DNA from: Candidatus Poseidoniaceae archaeon
GTDB taxonomy: Archaea; Thermoplasmatota; Poseidoniia; Poseidoniales; Poseidoniaceae
Direction of reading: 5' to 3'
Length of the DNA: 64,000 bases
NCBI GenBank assembly: GCA_938075675.1
Contig: CALJHE010000011.1
Location: 10,603-74,602, forward strand
Part shown: one piece after another, positions 16,631 to 25,674 of the stretch
Layout: each line of letters opens with the position of its first letter
Position numbering within the stretch: position 1 is the stretch's first letter
The notes under the pieces: generated by a model
Told to the model about the DNA's origin: nothing
The model's input: only the letters and a program-made list of their open reading frames with translations
Database searches by the model: none
Translations under genes and position numbers: made by a program

Positions 16631-18001
16631 TTATTCTTCATCCGACTCTTCACGTTGAACAAAGGCCGCAATCGCTGCGAAACCAGCAATCATTGTTATT
16701 GGATTGAAAAGGCCGTATCCGATGAGGAAATTCGATGCTTCGTTTTCGACCATGACAGGAATAGATGCGTTAATTGGTTCGGTAACCCAGCGAGAAGATT
16801 CGATCACCCGAACCTGGTAGTATAATTCCCACGAGCCGTCATCGGTCATTGAAAGATTCTGGCCATCGAGTGTAATCACCGAGGAATTGGTTGCATTCAC
16901 GGCGAAGAAAGACGATTCCCAAAGCGGTTCGCCGTTCGTATCTACATAGCGCAAGGTGGCATTCGAGGTAGATGCTTGACCGTAATTACTGACATCAATG
17001 GTAATTTCCTCGTCTGAAATTTCAAGTGACTGAACATCCAATCGAGCTCGCCAATACCATACGTTCGATATCAAATACTTCATGACATCCAGTTCCTCTC
17101 CCAACCGCTCATTGAGATTCTCAACCGAGCCCGGGACGAATTGTTCATCATCGGTTTCAAAGGTGAATGTAGGATATCCCATGACGCCGTAACCGTAATC
17201 TCTGCTGGTCCCGCAATTGGGATACAGCCCTTGGTTAGCGTTTTGAATTGGGATACTGGAGATGTCGTTGTTGACATCCTCTCGGATTTGATGGTACAGT
17301 TCCCAGTCGGCAGGTTGTTCAGGCCACTTGCCCCACGGGTAGAGCATAATCCAAACACCGGTGTGCATGGTGACGTACAAATCGGCATCTGGGACTGCTG
17401 TGTTCATGTAATCCGAATTCGCAGCAGTCTCAGACTCACTGAATGCACTGCTCCCTGGTTGTGTTGTTGGGCAGGTGTTCCAGTAATGGTCGTAATTTCG
17501 ATTCAAGTCAACCTGATTGATGTTCCATCTGGTGTCGATGTCGTTCCCATCAGGATTCAGCATAATGAGTACGTGAACTTCGGTGTTCTGCAAAACATCA
17601 ACGACTTCTTGCTTACCTTCAGCCCATCCGTCAATGTACCACTTTGCTGTCAACCAAGCCAACGAAGTCCCAAGATATTCGTTACCATGGTGACCTCCAT
17701 CGATGTATACGATTTCTTTTGCACTGCCGTTGGCTTTCGTTTCGACAGACCAGTCTGACAGACGCACGACCCACAGCGATTTGCCTAATTCGGACTCGCC
17801 AACGCTGACGAGGTCTACGATATCGGGATTATTATCCGCCCATTCGTTCACTTCGAGGGTTAACGCAGCCCAAGTCATGTGTACGTGACTGTCAATAGGG
17901 TCACCCGGCCAAGCCGTATCATCGTTTGAATCGGATTGAGCGGATGCAACCGGTAAACTCGACAGCAACAAGCATAGGACCAAGCCTACAGCAACTCTCA
18001 T
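16631..18001 (-). CDS. Secreted zinc carboxypeptidase (M14) with C-terminal membrane anchor
   Basis: A signal peptide (MRVAVGLVLCLLLSSLPVASA) precedes the HxxE zinc motif GGHHGNEYLG, DLNRNYDHYW and a later His (VTMHTGVW). There is a C-terminal hydrophobic helix and an acidic tail. The ATG at 18001 is preferred over the TTG at 18007. Confidence 0.85.
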   Translation of the reverse strand: MRVAVGLVLCLLLSSLPVASAQSDSNDDTAWPGDPIDSHVHMTWAALTLEVNEWADNNPDIVDLVSVGESELGKSLWVVRLSDWSVETKANGSAKEIVYIDGGHHGNEYLGTSLAWLTAKWYIDGWAEGKQEVVDVLQNTEVHVLIMLNPDGNDIDTRWNINQVDLNRNYDHYWNTCPTTQPGSSAFSESETAANSDYMNTAVPDADLYVTMHTGVWIMLYPWGKWPEQPADWELYHQIREDVNNDISSIPIQNANQGLYPNCGTSRDYGYGVMGYPTFTFETDDEQFVPGSVENLNERLGEELDVMKYLISNVWYWRARLDVQSLEISDEEITIDVSNYGQASTSNATLRYVDTNGEPLWESSFFAVNATNSSVITLDGQNLSMTDDGSWELYYQVRVIESSRWVTEPINASIPVMVENEASNFLIGYGLFNPITMIAGFAAIAAFVQREESDEE

Positions 18002-18049
18002 GGGCAACCCTACCGTCTAAACATCAAAAACGCTTGCCTAACAGTAACT

Positions 18050-18475
18050 TCACCAGTCACTGGTGAAAGCATTCGGATTGGTGACTTTCTCAGATTCTCG
18101 AGTCCAGATCGAATTGATGTCGGTCTTTCCGCCGTAAATATCAGCGAATGGGTCAATTTCTTCAGGCTCGAGGTTACGTTGCATGTATGCCTCGACTCGC
18201 TCACGCAAGTCCGGTTTAAACTTCCAGTAGTGAATTCTCCATTCTCGTCCGTCCCAAAGCGTTGTTTCTTCGGATTCAGTCGTAAGCAAATCGTAGTCTT
18301 GGAACATGTAGAACAAGTTCCGGTCTGTCGGTTCAAGAGCATTATCGATGATTCGATTGTAGAATCCAAAGAACCCAAGTGCGTGCTCTGCCATTCCTTG
18401 AGCGACCTCAGCATCCATGTCCAAATCGATGTGCTGTTGAATGGCTCGTGTGAGTTCTGATAATGTCATTGTCAT
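18050..18475 (-). CDS. Hypothetical acidic cytoplasmic protein (141 aa)
   Basis: It is a clean ORF with protein-like composition and no competing ORF. No family was recognised. Confidence 0.5.
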   Translation of the reverse strand: MTMTLSELTRAIQQHIDLDMDAEVAQGMAEHALGFFGFYNRIIDNALEPTDRNLFYMFQDYDLLTTESEETTLWDGREWRIHYWKFKPDLRERVEAYMQRNLEPEEIDPFADIYGGKTDINSIWTRESEKVTNPNAFTSDW

Positions 18476-18708
18476 TTTTAATTCCCCCGTCGCCGCTGAA
18501 TTCCTCGCAGACAGTATATATTATTGTCATCCGACCCATATAGACCCATCGCTGTTTTTTCATGAAACAAAGAAAAATCAGTAATTTTAGCCACTCCAAC
18601 GCCAGATATCCGGAGGCAGCAATGCTCCCGAACAACCAGCCCAGTCGGCGACTTGTCTTAAACCACATCAAACAACAGCCTCAAGAACACATGTGTTAAG
18701 CCAAGGTT

Positions 18709-19710
18709 GTGAGCGAAGACTATGTCGAGGGAAATTTCCTCGGGCTACCCGAAACGGGCGAACATGTAGATATCGTAGTTCTGCCCCTTCCGTATGAACT
18801 CACAACATCCTATGGACAAGGTACTGGACAAGGTCCAGCAGCATGCATTGCCTCAAGCGGTCATGTTGAATTGTTCGACGCTGAACTTGGTGTTGACCTG
18901 CCTGCTTCACTCAACATTTACACCGCACCTGAATGGGACGGTGAAGGGGGAAGCCTTGCAGAACAACTCGACAACATCAGTTCGTACCTCCAACCATGGT
19001 ACAAGGGAGATTGTTTTCCCGTCGTCCTTGGCGGTGAACACGGTATTCTGCCTCCACTGGTCCATGCCGCAAGCCATCATCCACTTGTCGATGGAGAACT
19101 TCATCGCTTGACCATCGTTCAAATCGATGCGCATGCCGACCTGCGTCCCGAGTTGGATGGCGAAGCATACTCTCATGCTTGTGCGGCAGGTCGAAGTTTA
19201 GACCTCGGCGTTGGCCGACTTTTGCAAGTGGGTATTCGAGCGTATTCGAAGGAAGAGGCTAAAATTATCGAAAACGACGAACGAATAACGACGTTTTTCG
19301 CTCGTGATACCCAATCACCGACCTATGGGCGTGAATCGTGGAAAGCTTGGCTCTCCGAACTGTCCACCCTCGAAGGACCTGTTCACCTTACCATTGATAT
19401 CGATGGATTAGATGGAAGTTTAGTTCCTGCAACTGGAACTCCAGTTCCAGGCGGGTTATCGTACTGGCAAGCCATCGAAACTATTCAAGCCGTATTCAGC
19501 GCTCCAAAAGCAGTCGTCATCAGTGCCGATGTCAACGAAATTGTGGCGCATGAAGGCTCTCCGCTCACCGAATTTACCGCAGCGATGTTGGCGACCAAAG
19601 CCATCGTTTGCCACATCAAAGCGCGTCAAGAAGGTCGCTGGACCACACTTGCTGAGCAATCAGGAAAAAAACGTGGAGAGAAACCATCCGCTTTTTTTAA
19701 TAATGATTGA
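18709..19710 (+). CDS. speB: Agmatinase / ureohydrolase family
   Basis: The Mn-binding motifs of the arginase fold are present: GGEHGI, VQIDAHADLR and HLTIDIDGLDGSLVPATGTPVPGGLS. The GTG start is taken from the track and is less certain. Confidence 0.85.
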   Translation: MSEDYVEGNFLGLPETGEHVDIVVLPLPYELTTSYGQGTGQGPAACIASSGHVELFDAELGVDLPASLNIYTAPEWDGEGGSLAEQLDNISSYLQPWYKGDCFPVVLGGEHGILPPLVHAASHHPLVDGELHRLTIVQIDAHADLRPELDGEAYSHACAAGRSLDLGVGRLLQVGIRAYSKEEAKIIENDERITTFFARDTQSPTYGRESWKAWLSELSTLEGPVHLTIDIDGLDGSLVPATGTPVPGGLSYWQAIETIQAVFSAPKAVVISADVNEIVAHEGSPLTEFTAAMLATKAIVCHIKARQEGRWTTLAEQSGKKRGEKPSAFFNND

Positions 19711-19753
19711 TGAGTGCGGTGGGGGTCTAAGGCATTCAAATGGAGGGTTTGGC

Positions 19754-20143
19754 ATGGTAAAATTAGAAGCGCATGGAGCTCATGTATTCCTTGATTACAC
19801 AGGATATTCTCGTCAACAAGAAGACGACGGCGTATGGATGCTGGAACTGATGGAACAAGCCGTGAAAGAATGTCAAATCCGAAACGTCCATTCACATGTC
19901 GAGCAATTTGATGGAACACTCTCTCCTCCGGGTTTCGCTGCCGTGGTTCTTCTCGATGAAAGTCACGTATCTGCCCACTGCTATTCAGAAAAGGGTTGGC
20001 TTGCATTGGATTGTTTCACATGTGGAAGTTCAGACCCGAATCAACTCGCCGATATTATTCATCAGCGATTAATGGAATGTATGCCCTTGCTTTCATTGAA
20101 GCGAAGGCATCACCAAGAGCGGTTTCTATACGAAGGTGAATAA
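19754..20143 (+). CDS. speH: S-adenosylmethionine decarboxylase proenzyme (pyruvoyl, small archaeal/bacterial type)
   Basis: The self-cleavage motif is present (VVLLDESHVSAHCYSE, E-S site), and the 129-aa length from the ATG at 19754 fits. The longer track ORF from 19523 overlaps speB and is treated as an artefact. Confidence 0.8.
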   Translation: MVKLEAHGAHVFLDYTGYSRQQEDDGVWMLELMEQAVKECQIRNVHSHVEQFDGTLSPPGFAAVVLLDESHVSAHCYSEKGWLALDCFTCGSSDPNQLADIIHQRLMECMPLLSLKRRHHQERFLYEGE

Positions 20144-20144
20144 G

Positions 20145-21101
20145 ATGTCTGTTCGAAACTTTGTGAACGAACATTACCGGCATTTCAACGCCGGTGAATT
20201 GGCTTCTGCTGCGGCGTCATTGACCGATTTCCTCGACAACGGCGGAAAGGTGTTTCTGACATTGGCAGGCGCAATGAGCACTGCCGAACTTGGACGCAGC
20301 CTTGCCCCCATGATCCGTGCAGGTCACATCGCTGGGATCTCTTGCACCGGTGCGAACTTGGAAGAGGATGTTTTCAATTTGGTTGCGCACGATTCCTATG
20401 TTCGTATCGATAATTGGCGTAACTTATCCGCTGAAGACGATGCGGCTCTGCTCAAAAACAAACTCAACCGAGTCACTGACACCTGCATTCCAGAAGAAGA
20501 AGCATTCCGGAAAATCGAGCACCACATCATGTCCAGTTGGCAACAGGCTGATGCTGCAGGTACCTCAAAATTACCTCACGAGTTTTTCTACGAATTACTG
20601 AACAGCGGCGTTATGGAAGACGAATATGAAGCGCAACCGGAGAACTCATGGCTTCTAGCGGCTGCTGAAACCGATCTCCCCTTGTTTGTGCCAGGATGGG
20701 AAGATTCCACGCTCGGCAACATCTTTGCTGCTCGGTGCGTTGAAGGCAAAGTCAAACCATCTACCATAAAAAGCGGCATTGAGTACATGATTCATCTTAC
20801 GAAATGGTACGAAAACATGCAGAGCCCGTTGGCTTTCCTCCAGATTGGTGGTGGCATCGCTGGAGATTTCCCAATCTGCGTCGTACCTTTGTTGCATCAA
20901 GACTTGGAACGTGATGTTCCGCTCTGGTCTTGGTTCTGTCAAATCAGCGAATCGAGTGCATCGTACGGTGGTTATTCTGGAGCGCCTCCGAATGAGAAAA
21001 TCACTTGGGGAAAACTCTCGGTAGATACGCCGAAGTTCATGATTGAGAGCGATGCAACAATCGTTGCGCCGCTGTTGTTTGGATATGTTCTCAATCTGTG
21101 A
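20145..21101 (+). CDS. dys: Deoxyhypusine synthase
   Basis: The DHS core motifs LTLAGAMSTAELG...ISCTGANLEEDVF and GGGIAGDFPICV are present. The ATG at 20145 lies 2 nt after the speH stop. Confidence 0.85.
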   Translation: MSVRNFVNEHYRHFNAGELASAAASLTDFLDNGGKVFLTLAGAMSTAELGRSLAPMIRAGHIAGISCTGANLEEDVFNLVAHDSYVRIDNWRNLSAEDDAALLKNKLNRVTDTCIPEEEAFRKIEHHIMSSWQQADAAGTSKLPHEFFYELLNSGVMEDEYEAQPENSWLLAAAETDLPLFVPGWEDSTLGNIFAARCVEGKVKPSTIKSGIEYMIHLTKWYENMQSPLAFLQIGGGIAGDFPICVVPLLHQDLERDVPLWSWFCQISESSASYGGYSGAPPNEKITWGKLSVDTPKFMIESDATIVAPLLFGYVLNL

Positions 21102-21167
21102 CTTGATGAACGGATTCGAATGCACGTAGACGCAAGTCTTGAAGAGGAGTAGATACGACAACCTACC

Positions 21168-24100
21168 ATGAGCATACGAAAACCTGCACTCGCCATCTTT
21201 TTGTTCTCAATGATGCTTATGCCGCTGGTCTTCACTGCGACGGCGGAGGGACAACCTGCTCCTCCGACCATCAATACCTCGTGGATTAAGGGAGATAACG
21301 GTCTCAATGAACATGCTTACACGGTCACCTTTGCCGACAACGGTTCGTATCAAATTGAACTTGACATCACACACCTTCGCAACGGTGAAACACTCGTGAA
21401 CGAAGCGTTCATCTCGTGGTCATCGGTTGATGGAAAGCGAGTCGCACGTGCAATATCCAATTCGACCTTATCTTGGGGCGATGAAGTGACCGTGACCGTC
21501 AGCATCCTGTCATGGGACGGAACAGCACTTGCCGAGCCACTCGAAACTGTTCGCTCTTTCACAGTTGGAACATGGAATCAACCAATGGCTGACCATGAAG
21601 TATTGTTGAAGACATCTTGGGACCTCGATCAGACCTACATGACTGAAGACGGAGAACAAGGATTCTCATTAGCATTCGACGGACAAGGGTGGCAAATGAG
21701 AGAAGGCGTTGTCCTCAACTCATGGGAACTTGGCAATGGAACGCTTACTACGCTTGAGAACACCGACGACAGTTCGACCAACCTCACCCTTAATCTCGAT
21801 TCAATATGGAAAAACGAAACCGTTCAATCGGGTATTTTGACATCTCAAGTGTTTGATGCCAAGGGGAGTGGATTGCTCCATCTGGTCACGTTTGACGGAA
21901 CTTCGGAGAGTGAAATCACTGCCAATGTATCTCAAGGCTGGTTCAACCGTTCAATGATTGACGGTGACTTGTCAGAACGATTACGGATTGAAGCAACTGG
22001 AGACTTGGAAATTACAGACACCGATGAAGGCGGTCAAGAAACACTCAATGCCACCGGTGAAATCAGCGTCTTTTTCCTTGAAACTTGGGATCAAAACGGA
22101 GTTCGGAAATTGCAACACACTCAATTTGAAGCACTCGCAGACATGCGATTGTCCGAAGATGACTTTGCCATGGACATATCGCTTGACGGGCTTACGCTCC
22201 TTGAACGATGGGAAGATGGTGTACGGACTGCTGAGAAGAATGAACTGGTTGGAAAAGGGACATTTGGATTGAATGACGAAGATGATAATGCCAGTATCAT
22301 GATCAACGGAACAATTCACGACTTCCATGTTTTGACTGAAGACGGTCAAACCGTCATTGACGATTTGCACATGGATGGGACCATCACCGGTGATGCACAA
22401 GGCACGTTTGGTATTGTTCGAACGATTGAAGAGTCCGGAATGCAAGCTAATGCAACCCAGGTTGAATTCATGGTCAATGTGATTCACCAAGACACATGGT
22501 TCAACATCACCGGCATCAACGGTGGTAATTTCTTCGATGGTCAAGGCGTTGGAGCAACACACAACGAATCATGGGATTACCAAGCCGTTCAATCCGATTG
22601 GGATAACCGAACAGTGCGCTTGGTATGGGTCGAAACTGGTGCCGACCCTTCAAGTGGCGATGAACGACCTGAAAACAGCCCGCTGCAGATGAATGCGACT
22701 CAGCCAGAGACAGAGGAGATTCTTGGAAACATCACCATCTCCCGAGAAACCGGCTTAATGCCAATTCCGCTCATTCCAGGAGACACCGTCCGACTTGCCG
22801 ACCAAGAAGGATTGTCACTTCTTATCACCGCAGAATCTACTGGCAACGACCCCCGTGATGGATTCAACCTGCATGTTGTAAACTGGGTCGGTGCATACGA
22901 AAACGTTGGAACTGCATCCGGCTCTATTGTCGATCAAGGTCCCCTTATGGGCTTGCTCTCAAGCGTAAACCGAGTGTTGGAACTTCCTTACGGAGAAGGT
23001 AACGAATCCGCCAATTTCTCAGAGTCTCAAGTTGTCGAGCGAATCGTTTCTCCATCCGTCATCACAGCTGAAAACAATACCGCTCCAAGCCTCGTTGAAT
23101 TGTACGTCGCAGAAGGCGTCATGTACGGAGAAGGTGGAAGCGCAGGAACACTTGTTGCCCATATCAGCGACGCTGAGTTTAACATCGAATCGGTCCTTGT
23201 CGACCTTTCACCAATTGGTGGAGAGATGACCGTCCTCAACGACCGTGGATTGGATGGTGATGCGACCGTTGGAGACAACCGTTTCTCAACACGTATTTTG
23301 GTTCGAGGTTTGGAAGTTGGTAACATCTCGCTGAATGTCACTGCAACCGATGCATGGGGGCTTACCGCAACAGGCACAGGAGACATCGAAGTCGTCAACC
23401 AAGGGCCGCGCCTGCACGCCCTAGAGATACTGCCGGACACAGGCCCACGGGGAGCAGTCATGATTGTCAATGCACAAGCCTACGACGGCCACGGCGTTTC
23501 CAGTGTCGATATCGATTTGAGAGAACTCGGGGGTGAACTTGTTCCGCTCATCAATACCAACGGAGTGTGGGCAGGAAACTTCACTGTACCAGAATCAACC
23601 GTACCCGGACAACAAGCGCTTACCTTTGTTCTCATGGATAATTTAGGACAGCGAACATTCACCTCTCTGTGGCATGCTGATGGCATGAACGCCAGTTTCC
23701 AAGCCATCTATGGGCCTCACCATATCTCGGACCAAGTCATGGAGGAGATCAGTATCAATGTACTCAATACACCTCCAAGCATTACCAATCTTGGCGTTCT
23801 TTCAGTCATCCGTCAAGAGCAAAGCAGAACCGTCGTCTTGGAAGTTCCAATCAGTGACTACGATGGAATCCTTGTTGCTCGAGCGAACTTGGGCGTGTTT
23901 ACTTCGTTCACATCACCAGACACATGGCAAACAATGTACGATGACGGTACGAACGGTGATGCAGTCGCTGGCGACGGTGTTTACTCCGTCGAAATGCAGG
24001 TGCGAAACAGTATTCCATTGGGCACGCATGAAATTCTCATCCAAGCATCAGATGTGTTCGGTAAAGTAAGCCCAACTGAATCCTTGGCAGTGCAACTGAC

Positions 24101-24266
24101 CGAAGACGACGGCATTTTACCGAGTGTGAAAGGTTCACCCATATCCACTGGCGTACTGGTTGGTTTGTTGGCCGTCTGCGCAATTGCTGGTGCTGCTGTC
24201 ATCTTTGTTTCAATTCGAAACCGACCGGAAAACCAAGATGGAGAAGACCGTTTCGGATTTAAGTGA
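21168..24266 (+). CDS. Large orphan cell-surface protein (1032 aa): signal peptide, C-terminal Ig-like repeats, C-terminal TM anchor
   Basis: It has an N-terminal signal (LAIFLFSMMLMPLVFTATAEG). Three ~100-aa C-terminal modules share the pattern D.G..GD...GD..(F/Y)S....V....G......A.D..G. A TM helix (VLVGLLAVCAIAGAAVIFV) and a short charged tail follow. Confidence 0.7.
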   Translation: MSIRKPALAIFLFSMMLMPLVFTATAEGQPAPPTINTSWIKGDNGLNEHAYTVTFADNGSYQIELDITHLRNGETLVNEAFISWSSVDGKRVARAISNSTLSWGDEVTVTVSILSWDGTALAEPLETVRSFTVGTWNQPMADHEVLLKTSWDLDQTYMTEDGEQGFSLAFDGQGWQMREGVVLNSWELGNGTLTTLENTDDSSTNLTLNLDSIWKNETVQSGILTSQVFDAKGSGLLHLVTFDGTSESEITANVSQGWFNRSMIDGDLSERLRIEATGDLEITDTDEGGQETLNATGEISVFFLETWDQNGVRKLQHTQFEALADMRLSEDDFAMDISLDGLTLLERWEDGVRTAEKNELVGKGTFGLNDEDDNASIMINGTIHDFHVLTEDGQTVIDDLHMDGTITGDAQGTFGIVRTIEESGMQANATQVEFMVNVIHQDTWFNITGINGGNFFDGQGVGATHNESWDYQAVQSDWDNRTVRLVWVETGADPSSGDERPENSPLQMNATQPETEEILGNITISRETGLMPIPLIPGDTVRLADQEGLSLLITAESTGNDPRDGFNLHVVNWVGAYENVGTASGSIVDQGPLMGLLSSVNRVLELPYGEGNESANFSESQVVERIVSPSVITAENNTAPSLVELYVAEGVMYGEGGSAGTLVAHISDAEFNIESVLVDLSPIGGEMTVLNDRGLDGDATVGDNRFSTRILVRGLEVGNISLNVTATDAWGLTATGTGDIEVVNQGPRLHALEILPDTGPRGAVMIVNAQAYDGHGVSSVDIDLRELGGELVPLINTNGVWAGNFTVPESTVPGQQALTFVLMDNLGQRTFTSLWHADGMNASFQAIYGPHHISDQVMEEISINVLNTPPSITNLGVLSVIRQEQSRTVVLEVPISDYDGILVARANLGVFTSFTSPDTWQTMYDDGTNGDAVAGDGVYSVEMQVRNSIPLGTHEILIQASDVFGKVSPTESLAVQLTEDDGILPSVKGSPISTGVLVGLLAVCAIAGAAVIFVSIRNRPENQDGEDRFGFK

Positions 24267-24322
24267 GCACATCGATGAGCCGACAACCGTTTATACCCCC
24301 GTTCTTTGGGATGAATATCCCT

Positions 24323-24394
24323 GCGAGCGTAGTGTAGCGGTTATCACCGAGCGTTGCCAACGCTTGAACCCGGGTTCAAATCCCGGCGCTCGCA
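24323..24394 (+). tRNA. tRNA-Gly (anticodon GCC), genomically encoded CCA at 24395-24397
   Basis: Hand-folded cloverleaf. Acceptor GCGAGCG/CGCTCGC; D arm GTGT-AGCGGTTA-TCAC; anticodon stem GAGCG/CGCTT with loop TTGCCAA; T arm CCGGG-TTCAAAT-CCCGG; discriminator A followed by CCA. Confidence 0.9.
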
Positions 24395-24415
24395 CCATTG
24401 TAACGCAGTGAATCG

Positions 24416-24420
24416 TTTTT
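24416..24420 (+). terminator. Oligo-T tract (T5) about 20 nt downstream of tRNA-Gly(GCC)
   Basis: TTTTT was read in the sequence. Archaeal RNA polymerase terminates at oligo-T, so the assignment rests on position only. Confidence 0.3.
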
Positions 24421-24422
24421 AG

Positions 24423-24432
24423 TGTATATATT
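24423..24432 (+). promoter_or_regulatory. TATA-like element (TGTATATATT) upstream of alba
   Basis: This is an AT-rich TATA-like box about 75 nt upstream of the preferred alba ATG. No transcript data are available. Confidence 0.25.
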
Positions 24433-24504
24433 CCATTTTCGCCGATGGTAAGTCGTCCCTAAGTATTAACGGCTGTGGCTGAAATAATCGTGTTAGGGGA
24501 GTTC

Positions 24505-24825
24505 ATGGCAGAGCGACGTTCAATCTTTATCGGCAAAAAACCACTTCACGCCTATGTCAGGGCGGTCGTCATGGCAATGGAAGAAGGAGAACGAGAGTTG
24601 CAATTGGTTGCCCGTGGCGCAACGATTGGAAGAGCTGTTGACGTTGCAGAAATCTGTCGGCGTCGTAACGGTATCATCGCACAAGGGCTACCTGAAACAG
24701 TGAACATAGGCGAGATTCAGTGCTCCTCAGAAGTGTTCACCCAAGAAGGGCAGAAAGACAGAACGGTCAGTGTGCTGACCATCGAATTGGACGGCATAGG
24801 CGAAGTTCCGAGTGAGGAAGAGTGA
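24505..24825 (+). CDS. albA: Chromatin/RNA-binding protein Alba
   Basis: IFIGKKPLHAYVRAVV...LVARGATIGRAVDVAEICRRR matches the Alba core. The ATG at 24505 is preceded by GGGGAG, so the GTG at 24475 in the track is less likely. Confidence 0.85.
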   Translation: MAERRSIFIGKKPLHAYVRAVVMAMEEGERELQLVARGATIGRAVDVAEICRRRNGIIAQGLPETVNIGEIQCSSEVFTQEGQKDRTVSVLTIELDGIGEVPSEEE

Positions 24826-25188
24826 TTACTCTTCAAGCAACCTTAGTCTGCGTTCAATCTCATCTGCAGTCGATTCATAGACATGAAGTGCTTGTCCTAC
24901 TGGGTCCTCAAGTTCCCAATCTTGGTCAATCCGCATCAACGGACAGTGAACACCACACCCCATCGAAATGACCATGTCGTAATCATCAGCAGAAAAAGCA
25001 TCGACGCTTTTTGGTTTCATGCCTTCTGAAGAAATCCCTCGCGCAGACAGCACCCTAACCGCATTGGAAGCGATTGCACCAGCTGGATGTGTCCCCGCTG
25101 AATCAGCAGTATGCCCCATTGAACGAGCAATTCCTTCCGCCATTTGTGAACGGCATGAGTTTCCAACGCAGACAAACAAGAGACGCAT
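24826..25188 (-). CDS. Low-molecular-weight phosphotyrosine phosphatase / thioredoxin-type arsenate reductase family
   Basis: The N-terminal P-loop motif C-X5-R is present (LFVCVGNSCRSQMAEG), and the 120-aa size fits. Confidence 0.8.
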   Translation of the reverse strand: MRLLFVCVGNSCRSQMAEGIARSMGHTADSAGTHPAGAIASNAVRVLSARGISSEGMKPKSVDAFSADDYDMVISMGCGVHCPLMRIDQDWELEDPVGQALHVYESTADEIERRLRLLEE

Positions 25189-25265
25189 GATGTTCCATAC
25201 CTTCGAGTGTATTTATTCATTCTCTTGGTAAAAACAGTCTAAAGGGAGGAGGCGTTGCAAATTAC

Positions 25266-25649
25266 ATGGAAGATGAAGGCAGCGGGTTGTTTCAAGCAAC
25301 CTGTATCACTGCCACGGTATATGCTGTGCTTTTCCTTGCTCATATCGTTGCTGCAGCCAAGGATATGGACCTCGCTTTTAGAACGGTTGCAGCACTCATT
25401 ACCGTCCTTACCTTTAGCGTGGGTACATGCATCCGCTTCATTGGAAGAATCAAAGGTATGGACGCTCAACTACGAGCCAACACCATCGGATTGTGTTTCG
25501 CCCTTCCGTTAGCGATTGGATTGGCATGGGCGTACGCCGAACAGTCGTTCGACATCATCCGAACCGTACTGTTTCTGGCGACTGCCACAGGCATACATTT
25601 CATCGACCGTAAAGTGATTGGACATGACAAGGCATCGAAGATGGGTTGA
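25266..25649 (+). CDS. Hypothetical membrane protein (about 4 TM helices)
   Basis: It has four hydrophobic segments and fills the gap between neighbours. No family was recognised. Confidence 0.45.
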   Translation: MEDEGSGLFQATCITATVYAVLFLAHIVAAAKDMDLAFRTVAALITVLTFSVGTCIRFIGRIKGMDAQLRANTIGLCFALPLAIGLAWAYAEQSFDIIRTVLFLATATGIHFIDRKVIGHDKASKMG

Positions 25650-25674
25650 AGTAGAGCCGATTGGTGCTTAACAT

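Noticed and set aside
16631-16760. A possible PGF-CTERM/archaeosortase sorting signal at the C-termini of the anchored surface proteins.
   Set aside because: The sequences before the terminal helices (for example NFLIGYGLFNPITMIAGF in M14) do not contain a clear PGF tripeptide in the usual context. The proteins are treated as plain TM anchors pending a profile search.
18408-18671. An 87-aa minus-strand ORF in the 230-bp spacer upstream of speB.
   Set aside because: It overlaps the start of the 141-aa gene by 68 nt. Only its first ~40 residues look like a TM helix, and no supporting signal is present.
19523-19753. A long N-terminal extension of the AdoMet decarboxylase ORF.
   Set aside because: It overlaps the 3' end of the agmatinase gene in another frame and has no protein-like features. 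A 129-aa product from the ATG at 19754 matches the expected size.
12118-24397. The idea that the two tRNA-Gly genes bracket a 12-kb integrated element.
   Set aside because: There is no integrase, no direct repeat of a tRNA 3' end and no phage or plasmid genes. The content is housekeeping (peptidases, polyamine and hypusine genes).
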